This document shows positions 1-6,859 of a stretch of DNA of 64,000 nt, one piece after another. The notes under the pieces were generated by a model, which searched no databases, was not told the DNA's origin, and worked only from the letters and a program-made list of their open reading frames with translations. Each line of letters begins with the position of its first letter. Within the stretch, counting starts at the first letter, position 1. The stretch comes from an uncultured Thiohalocapsa sp. (GTDB lineage: Bacteria > Pseudomonadota > Gammaproteobacteria > Chromatiales > Chromatiaceae): positions 911 through 64,910 of the forward strand of contig NZ_CAJXYK010000034.1 of NCBI RefSeq assembly GCF_913063425.1, read 5' to 3'. Position numbers and translations under genes: made by a program.

Positions 1-297
1 GACGGCTGCGGCCCCGTGCTGTTGTGGGAAGGCGCCCCGGCCCGCGTCATCGCCTGCCCGTGGTGCTTCAACCGGGTTGCCGGGCGGCCCGTCCCCAGGC
101 CCTCGCAACCCGCCCCGACAGCACCGGCCGCGCCCGTCACATGCGCGACCTGCGGGCACTTCGAGCCGAACCGCGCCGGCAGCAGCGCCGGCATCGGCCG
201 CTGCCGCATCAACGCCAAGGCGAGCCGCAAAGCGCCGGCCCTATGGCCGAACGCGGTTCACCGCTGCCCTGACTGGAGCCCCGCCGATGACCGCTGA
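1..297 (+). CDS. 5'-truncated Cys-rich (Zn-binding) phage-type protein
   Basis: Frame open from base 1; CPWC, CATCGH and C..CPDW motifs; stop overlaps the next start. Confidence 0.55.
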   Translation, partial: DGCGPVLLWEGAPARVIACPWCFNRVAGRPVPRPSQPAPTAPAAPVTCATCGHFEPNRAGSSAGIGRCRINAKASRKAPALWPNAVHRCPDWSPADDR

Positions 298-613
298 TGC
301 CCCGACCGCACGCGCCCGCGTCCGCTGCCTGGACTGCGCGCACGCCGACCGCAGCAAGGCCCGCTGCCCGATTGATGGGCGCCCCATCAAGAGCCCCGGC
401 GCGTGGCGCCGCTGCGATGCCTTCGCGCCCGATGCGAGCCCCGCTGAGCGCGCACGGGAAGCCCTCAGAGCCGCCGGGCTGCTGGGGCATGTTGCCGCAC
501 TGGCCGACATGGACGGGCGCCGTGTCGGGCTGTGCGTGCGCGCAGAAGCCGACCGCAAGACCGCATCGCGCGTGCTGCTGACCGTTGACCGCGCCATGCG
601 CCGCGCCGCCTGA
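287..613 (+). CDS. Small Cys-rich hypothetical protein
   Basis: ATG at 287 overlapping the upstream ORF; CLDCAH...RCPIDG...WRRCDAF. Confidence 0.55.
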   Translation: MTADAPTARARVRCLDCAHADRSKARCPIDGRPIKSPGAWRRCDAFAPDASPAERAREALRAAGLLGHVAALADMDGRRVGLCVRAEADRKTASRVLLTVDRAMRRAA

Positions 614-629
614 CACTGGAGCCTGACCC

Positions 630-938
630 ATGCGAAACCCCGAACGCCGCCCATCCGCCGCCCGGCTCGCCGCTGAGCGAGCTTTCTACGCCCCGACCGA
701 CCCACCGACCCCGGAGCCCCGACCCATGACCGATCCGACCCCGCTGCCCGAGCCCACCATCATCCAGCACTGCGACGGCAGCCGATGCCGAACCGCGTTC
801 GTCATGGGCACGGCCGCCCGCCCTGGCGAGCTTGCCGCCCGGCCCGTTCCCGGCGGCTGGAAGGTAGGCAAGGCCGACCGCCGCCCCGGCTGGCGTCGTG
901 TCGTCATGGATGACGCGCCGCAGGAGCCCAAGCGATGA
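630..938 (+). CDS. Hypothetical protein (start may be ATG 727)
   Basis: Fills the gap in the co-oriented element and its stop overlaps ATG 935; no recognisable motif. Confidence 0.35.
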   Translation: MRNPERRPSAARLAAERAFYAPTDPPTPEPRPMTDPTPLPEPTIIQHCDGSRCRTAFVMGTAARPGELAARPVPGGWKVGKADRRPGWRRVVMDDAPQEPKR

Positions 939-1711
939 CCCGGTTGCCGTCGATCCTGGAACCGCTGTCCGGCGCCCCGTCCGAGCTGTGGGCTGGGCTT
1001 TCACCGACCCTGATTGCCACCTTCGCCGCCTGTGACCACAAAGGCGCTGCTGACCCTGACGGCCCGTCGGTGCAATGCGCGCTGACAGACGATGTGCAAC
1101 TGGACATCTTGCTGAACTGGCAGAGCCCGTTTGAAGGCGCAGGCCCCGAGGCACGGGCGCCGACCATGGCCGCGATGCTCCAATCCGGCGCCCTGCAACC
1201 GCTGGCTGAGCGCATCGGCGGGGGCATCGGCGGGGCGATTTCCGGGCTGATGGAGACCGGCCGCGGGCGCACAGGCGTAACGAAGCTGAACAGCACGCAG
1301 GTATTCAGCGGCATGCCGCCGCTGCGCATCCAGTGCACGGCGCTGTTCCGCGCATGGTCGGACCCTGCGACCGAGGTTGAGGCGCCGTTGGATCGGCTTG
1401 TGACGCTGGCGTTGCCCGAATCACTCGCCCCGGAAGGCACGTTGCTGAACGTCTACGACGCGCTTCGGGCGGGCCGGTATGACCTGAACAACCTTGTCGC
1501 CGCCGCGATGCCCAGCAAGGCCCCGCGCACGCTCGCCATGACCTACAAGGGTCGGACCTTCGCGCCGTTGGTCATCGAGTCCGTCGGCATCCCGCTGCAT
1601 TCCCCGTCCGACGAGCACGGGCGGTTCGTGCAGATGCAGGTTCCGCTGACCATCGCAACACTGACCGCTATCGACGGTTCCGACTGGATGGGCTTCAAGG
1701 GCGCTGTCTGA
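935..1711 (+). CDS. Phage tail-tube-initiator/baseplate-like protein (P1-like myovirus class)
   Basis: Motifs NWQSPFEG, NSTQVFSGMPP, DPATEV...ALPE and SPSDEHGRF resemble, from memory, P1-type baseplate/tube proteins. Confidence 0.5.
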   Translation: MTRLPSILEPLSGAPSELWAGLSPTLIATFAACDHKGAADPDGPSVQCALTDDVQLDILLNWQSPFEGAGPEARAPTMAAMLQSGALQPLAERIGGGIGGAISGLMETGRGRTGVTKLNSTQVFSGMPPLRIQCTALFRAWSDPATEVEAPLDRLVTLALPESLAPEGTLLNVYDALRAGRYDLNNLVAAAMPSKAPRTLAMTYKGRTFAPLVIESVGIPLHSPSDEHGRFVQMQVPLTIATLTAIDGSDWMGFKGAV

Positions 1712-1776
1712 CGCGCCCGCGCTCCCGCTGACCGACCAACCCCGCACCGACCACCGCAACGCCCCAGGAGGCACCC

Positions 1777-2490
1777 ATGACCGCAAAGACCGCCGAGACC
1801 CTGACCCTGACCGAGCAAGCCGCCCGCCATGACGCCGCCACTGGCGCCGCGGGCAACCGGCTCGCCCTCAAGCTCCGCGAGCTTGCCGACGCGCGCCACA
1901 TGCTCGCCCAAACGTCCCTGAAAGGCCGCGTTTACGCCGCCCTGGAAGCCGCCCACTGGCGCCCCGAACACGCGATTCGCGCCGCCGAGAAGGAGCTTGA
2001 GGCCGTCAATGCGCAGATCGCCGCCGCGCACACCGGGCGCGCGCATTCGGCTGACCTGGCGACGGCTCTGAACCGCGGGCTGTCCAGCGTCCGCGCCGAC
2101 CTTCAGCGGCAGCGCGAGAGCCTGATGGGCGACAAGCACGCCGCCGAGCACCGGCTGCGCCGCCTGACGGACCAGCGCCGGGCGGCCGTTGCGACGCTGA
2201 CCGAGGCCGGGCTGACCACCGACGAAGCCGCCGCCCGCGCGAAGCCTACCGCCGACGAGGTAGCCGCCGCCGCCGAGCGCGCGGAGGTCACGATGCCCGC
2301 GCAGATTGCAGCCGTGGACGAGCGCATGAAGGACACCGTTGGGCTTGCGCGCGAAGCCGAAGCCCGCCAACGGGCCGAAGCCGCCGAAGCCGCCCGCAAG
2401 GCCAAGGACCGCGAGCGCGTCCGCGAACAGGCCCGCATCGAGGCCGCCGCCGACGCTGCCGTTGCCCGTCACGACGCCGAGGCCGCCTGA
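1777..2490 (+). CDS. Ala/Glu/Arg-rich coiled-coil protein
   Basis: RBS GGAGG before ATG 1777; 237 aa of helical composition. Confidence 0.7.
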   Translation: MTAKTAETLTLTEQAARHDAATGAAGNRLALKLRELADARHMLAQTSLKGRVYAALEAAHWRPEHAIRAAEKELEAVNAQIAAAHTGRAHSADLATALNRGLSSVRADLQRQRESLMGDKHAAEHRLRRLTDQRRAAVATLTEAGLTTDEAAARAKPTADEVAAAAERAEVTMPAQIAAVDERMKDTVGLAREAEARQRAEAAEAARKAKDRERVREQARIEAAADAAVARHDAEAA

Positions 2491-2492
2491 GC

Positions 2493-3179
2493 ATGGGCGC
2501 CGCACCCGCCGACGCGCGCCGCGACGATGCGGCGCAGGAATCCACCGAGCCGCCGGCACACTCCGGCGGTACCCCAAGCCGCTGGGCACAGGTTGAGCTT
2601 GCGCGTGAGATCGGCCGCCGGCTGCGAAACGCACGCGAGCTTGCCGGGTTCCAGCAACAAGAAGCCGCCGGGCTGCTCGGCTACGTGCAGAAAGGCAACC
2701 TGAGCCGCATCGAGTCGCATCTTGACGGGCGCTCGGCAGTGCCGTTGTGGCTGCTGCCGCGCGCCGCCCGGCTGTATGGCGTCAGTGCCGACTACCTGCT
2801 CGGGATCGTGGACGACCCGGAGGCCGACGCGCTTGGTGCGGCTGAGCGCGCCGTGGTCGGGATCATGGGCGCCGTTTGGGATGAGCAACGCCGCCGGGAC
2901 GTGCACGCCATGACTGCCGCCCTGGCTCGCATTGCCGAACTGGAAGCCGACTGCGCCGCGCTGACCCGTCTCACGTCGGGCGCCGCGTCAGCACTGCAAC
3001 GCTTCGTCGCGTTGAACCCAGGATGGCCCGACATGCCCGGCGGGGCATCGCTGGCGCTGAAGGTACAGCAGTCGGCATCGACAGCGGCCCGGCTGTGCAG
3101 CCGTCTAGCGAAGCTCCACGAGGACGGGCGCCGCGTTGCCGATGGCCCCGTGACCGATCACGACCCGGAGGACGGCTGA
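2493..3179 (+). CDS. XRE-family helix-turn-helix regulator with C-terminal coiled extension
   Basis: IGRRLRNARELAGFQQQEAAGLLG...NLSRIE...LYGVSADYLLG. Confidence 0.85.
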   Translation: MGAAPADARRDDAAQESTEPPAHSGGTPSRWAQVELAREIGRRLRNARELAGFQQQEAAGLLGYVQKGNLSRIESHLDGRSAVPLWLLPRAARLYGVSADYLLGIVDDPEADALGAAERAVVGIMGAVWDEQRRRDVHAMTAALARIAELEADCAALTRLTSGAASALQRFVALNPGWPDMPGGASLALKVQQSASTAARLCSRLAKLHEDGRRVADGPVTDHDPEDG

Positions 3180-3706
3180 TGCCCGCCCGAGCGAAGTACC
3201 GCCCCGAGTTCTGCGAGCTGGCGCACCGGCTGGCGCTGCTCGGGCTGGTGGATGACGAAATTGCCGACGTGCTGAACGTCAGCACGCGGCAGTTGCACCG
3301 CTGGAAGCGCGCGCATCCCGAGTTCGCCGAAGCCCTCGCCAACGGCAAGGCACCCGCCAACGCTGCCGTTGCGGCTGCCCTGTACCGCCGTGCGACTGGC
3401 TACGTGGACGAGACCGGCAAGCACCACCCGCCGGACACGGTTGCCTGCATCTTCTGGCTGAAGAATCGACGGCCCGAGGCATGGCGCGACAAGGTTGAAG
3501 TCGAGCAACAGCACAGCTTCACCGACGCCGACCGGGAAGCCCTGCGGAAAATCCACGAGCAAGCCCTGGAGCATGCCGAGCAACAGCGGCAGGCCATGCT
3601 CGGACGTGCCGAACGGCTTGGGCTGACCATGGAAGCCGAAGAAGGCGCCCTGTTCGACCTGGACGCCGACGGGGCACTGATCGAAGCCGACGACGACGCA
3701 CCGTAG
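3179..3706 (+). CDS. Terminase small subunit
   Basis: KYRPEFCE...LGLVDDEIADVLNVS...LHRWKRAHPEF...AALYRRATGY...PPDTVACIFWLKNRRPEAWRDK; TGATG overlap with the XRE gene. Confidence 0.85.
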   Translation: MPARAKYRPEFCELAHRLALLGLVDDEIADVLNVSTRQLHRWKRAHPEFAEALANGKAPANAAVAAALYRRATGYVDETGKHHPPDTVACIFWLKNRRPEAWRDKVEVEQQHSFTDADREALRKIHEQALEHAEQQRQAMLGRAERLGLTMEAEEGALFDLDADGALIEADDDAP

Positions 3707-4044
3707 CCGAATCGTCACCCCCTAAAGCACCGGCGCCGACCATGGCGCCGCGCTGCCCTCCCGCCCGCCTAAGCCGCCGCGGGCGCTGCCCCCTGCCCAC
3801 TGCACCCGGACGACGCCCGGCGCCCGTAGCGGCCCGCTGGCGAGCCTGAGCCGTTGCCGACCCCCTACACCTGCACGGGCACCGTGCCCAAGCATCAGCG
3901 CGCCGGAATAACCACACGCCGAAGTCAACCTATCGCCTTTCCGTGATGGATCGAAAATTGCCATGCGGCCCGCGCGTCTATCGGCCATGACGGGAACATG
4001 GTTTTTCCCTTCAGCCGCCGCGCGCATCGGCTGGCCAGCGCACC

Positions 4045-4233
4045 GCACAGGGTCGGCGCCTGCGAGCCCGCCCGCCGCTGGCGAGCCCTCCCCGCCGGCA
4101 TCGGCCGCCGTCCCATGGGCACCCGAAGCCCGAGCCGTCGCACAGGGTCGGCGCCGGGGTTTTGAGGATTGTGGGAATTGTCGGTATAGGGTCGGCGCTG
4201 GCGAGGCCCTGAGCCCTGCCCATGGTCGGCGCC
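4045..4233 (+). repeat. Cluster of GGTCGGCGC motifs, including a 16-bp direct repeat GCACAGGGTCGGCGCC
   Basis: 16-mer at 4045-4060 and 4140-4155; core also at 4190 and 4224; inverted 14-mer at 3732-3745 matches 4220-4233. Confidence 0.8.
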
Positions 4234-4342
4234 CGTTGTGGCTCGCCTGCGAGCGGCACCCGCGGTTGCGGGGCGCGATGCCGGGCGCCATGAGCTGCAA
4301 GCCAAGGTCCGGGACCGACAGGCACCGGGAGCCCCGCGCGCC

Positions 4343-4368
4343 GAGTCCCTGAGTCCAAACTGAGTCCA
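4343..4368 (+). repeat. GAGTCC x3 / TGAGTCCA x2, candidate integrase arm-type sites
   Basis: TGAGTCCA at 4350-4357 and 4361-4368, about 115 bp inside attR. Confidence 0.5.
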
Positions 4369-4482
4369 CTCCTGCCTTACACTCGGCACAAGGCCCCACC
4401 ATCGGGCACGCCCACAAACCGATAAGCGGTTGTTTTTTGTGGTGCGGATTTGTGGGAAATCGCGTAAGTTATTGAACCGTAA

Positions 4483-4530
4483 GGACTCATAATCCCTTGG
4501 TCCTAGGTTCGAATCCTAGACGGCCCACCA
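4483..4530 (+). pseudogene. 3' half of tRNA-Ile(CAU) (attR of the element)
   Basis: GGACTCATAATCCCTTGGTCCTAGGTTCGAATCCTAGACGGCCCACCA contains anticodon loop, T arm and CCA; 5' acceptor strand and D arm are absent. Confidence 0.85.
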
Positions 4531-4889
4531 AGTCCACCCGACTGCCGGGTTCGGCGTTGTCACGATCCTTTTACAGTGGCGTGCCCCAGGCAGCCTTCGA
4601 TGCGCTGTTGCGGCCACCTCTGGTTCCCAGGTACTTCCGTGATTTGTCAAGTACGGCGGTATCGCGTTTGTCCGGCCTCTCATCGGTTCCGGCTGTCGCA
4701 TGGGTGTCGATTGCAGCGATCCATCTGGCGGTGACGCCCGTGCGCTCGACGCGCCCCGCGTTGGGATGTCGCCGCTACGCCCTGCGAGTCGCCCGGAGTG
4801 TCCACATTTTTTACAATCCTTCCTCCGCGGTTCTGGCGCCAAATCGACAAGGGCCTGTAACACACTGAATAAGCGAGCGATTATAAATA

Positions 4890-4905
4890 AGGTGTGATAC
4901 TTGCT
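4890..4905 (+). promoter_or_regulatory. Candidate sigma54 promoter of the PEP-CTERM-type genes
   Basis: AGGTGTGATACTTGCT fits GG-N10-GC with TTGCT; AT-rich stretch upstream; TGT-N11-ACA palindrome at 4799-4815. Confidence 0.4.
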
Positions 4906-4999
4906 TAGCGGTCAGTGGTACTCTTATCTCTACATCAGTGAACCGCGCCAAAGCTGGTACAGTACCGGCGCTGATCCCCCTGTCGCTCCGGAGCTCCCG

Positions 5000-6853
5000 A
5001 TGCCCAAGCGTATTCCCCTCGCTGCTGCCGCCCTGCTGGCCGGTGCTGTGACGCCCGCTGCGGCCGTCCAAACGGTCCAGCTTGGCTCCATCACCGACGT
5101 CGAAACTGCCACATCGGAGGTCGCCGCTTACAACGAATGGGCTGCCAACTGCCCGAACGTGTCCACCAGCGGTCTCGGCTGCGGTGCGGTGGTCGCTCCG
5201 CTAGACAGCGATCGCACCCTCTTCTTCTGGGGCGCGCGTGGGAATACCAACAACACCACCATCGAAGTGGAGTGGACGGGCACGCAGCCGAGCGAAGTGA
5301 TCCGAAACGTCGCCATTCGTACTGCGGACACCGAGCCCATGGGCCCGGCAAGCGGCCCCCGATCCTTCCGCTTTGCCCCCAGCTTTGTCCCGGGCACTTG
5401 GGAAGCGAATTTTGGCGCGCCGACACAGGGAGAGGGGCTCTTCCTGGCGTATGGGCGGAACGAATATGCGTTCGATTCCTCTGGCGGCGCCGCAGAGTGG
5501 GAATCCACCAGAACTGCGCCGTACTTCGTTGCAAGCTTCAACGCCTCGGTGAGTCTGCCTGGGCTCGCCGCGGAAGACATCGTGGTCGATGGGACACCCT
5601 TCCAGCTCTTCGATCCTTTTCCCAACCAAGATGGTACCGCGATCAGTACGGCGCAGCCCTTCCCAGTAGACATTCTCACGGAGCTTCCGCAGAGCAAGCG
5701 GGGCAGCCTCAGTAATGGCGACGTATTGACCATCGAGTTGTTCGTGGGCAGTGCAACCTCTCCCGTGCCAGGCGACGTGCCGGTCGGCTTCATGGATGAC
5801 ATCAGCATCCAGCTCAACGTGGGGCCGCGTCTGGAGCTGGACCCGGCGAAGGCGACCACACCCGGTGTGCCGGATGTCGAGCTCGGGGACGTGCGTGCGG
5901 GGACATCTGGTACGGCGGGCGACATCACGGCGGAGAACACCGGTGAGGCGCTGAGCGGCAACCCCACGCTGGAGCTGACGTTCAATGCGGTCACAGGTGA
6001 TACGACGCAGATCGCAGCCGGCGACGGCGGCAGTTTGAACGACAGCATCGACTTGGCGCCGGGCGACACCTTCACCCGCAGCTTCACGCTCGACGGCAGC
6101 GGCATCGACCTCGATCTCACGGACACCGACGGGCAAACCTTCCAGGTGACGCAGGAAGTGAGCCTGCGAAACCCGAACGACTTCATCCAGAATCCGGATG
6201 ACCTCGCTGACCCGACCGGCCCGCAGACGCGCACCGTGTCCGGGACGGTGGTGGGTCCGATTCTCGGCGTCAGGGCCGACGACGGCGCCCGGTACCTGCC
6301 CTACAACTCCAGCGCTGACGCAGATAAGATCGACCTCGGCACGGTGGAGATCGGAACTGATCCACCGGGCCTGCAGAAGCTGCTCATCGAAAATTTGTTT
6401 GGCGCCGATCTCGGTATGCTGACATCACTCAGTCTGCTCAATGTGGGCATCGATGACGCCTCGGATCCGCGCAACTACTACTGCATTCTGACCGCAATGA
6501 CCGGTGACTGTGCCAGTGGCGCGGAGATCGCCAGCGCGTTCGAGAAGATCATCCTCGGTGACGGCAATCTGGTGTCCACTGACGGCTCGCAAGGAAGCGG
6601 GACGACCCCCCTGCCGGACATGTGGATCCAATTCGACCCGACCCGCAACGTCACGGACTACGAAGCCATCCTGTTCTTCGAAACCGACATGAATACCGCC
6701 TTCGGCAACAACAGTGGCCGCCTCAGCTTCACGCTGACCGGCTCCAGCTTCGGCTATGAGCCGACGCCGACGCCCGCCTCCCTTGCCCTGATCGGTTTGG
6801 GGCTGGCGGGGCTTGCGGGTGTGCGGGCGCGGCGCGCGTCGGCGCGGCGGTAA
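5000..6853 (+). CDS. Large secreted PEP-CTERM-type surface protein (choice-of-anchor D-like C-terminal half)
   Basis: Signal peptide MPKRIPLAAAALLAGAVTPAAA; acidic Thr/Asp/Gly-rich body; C-terminal PTPASLALIGLGLAGLAGVRARR. Confidence 0.8.
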   Translation: MPKRIPLAAAALLAGAVTPAAAVQTVQLGSITDVETATSEVAAYNEWAANCPNVSTSGLGCGAVVAPLDSDRTLFFWGARGNTNNTTIEVEWTGTQPSEVIRNVAIRTADTEPMGPASGPRSFRFAPSFVPGTWEANFGAPTQGEGLFLAYGRNEYAFDSSGGAAEWESTRTAPYFVASFNASVSLPGLAAEDIVVDGTPFQLFDPFPNQDGTAISTAQPFPVDILTELPQSKRGSLSNGDVLTIELFVGSATSPVPGDVPVGFMDDISIQLNVGPRLELDPAKATTPGVPDVELGDVRAGTSGTAGDITAENTGEALSGNPTLELTFNAVTGDTTQIAAGDGGSLNDSIDLAPGDTFTRSFTLDGSGIDLDLTDTDGQTFQVTQEVSLRNPNDFIQNPDDLADPTGPQTRTVSGTVVGPILGVRADDGARYLPYNSSADADKIDLGTVEIGTDPPGLQKLLIENLFGADLGMLTSLSLLNVGIDDASDPRNYYCILTAMTGDCASGAEIASAFEKIILGDGNLVSTDGSQGSGTTPLPDMWIQFDPTRNVTDYEAILFFETDMNTAFGNNSGRLSFTLTGSSFGYEPTPTPASLALIGLGLAGLAGVRARRASARR

Positions 6854-6859
6854 GCAGGA

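Larger units (their letters stand above)
1..4530 (+). mobile_element. Right end of a tRNA-Ile(CAU)-integrated phage-derived element (satellite/PICI-like or defective prophage); left part lies outside the window
   Basis: Co-oriented small phage-type ORFs including an XRE regulator and terminase small subunit, then about 770 bp non-coding with repeats, ending in a tRNA 3'-half fragment at 4483-4530. Confidence 0.8.

Noticed and set aside
4455-4530. Intact tRNA-Met/Ile gene
   Set aside because: The 5' acceptor strand and D arm are missing, so it is only an att-site fragment.
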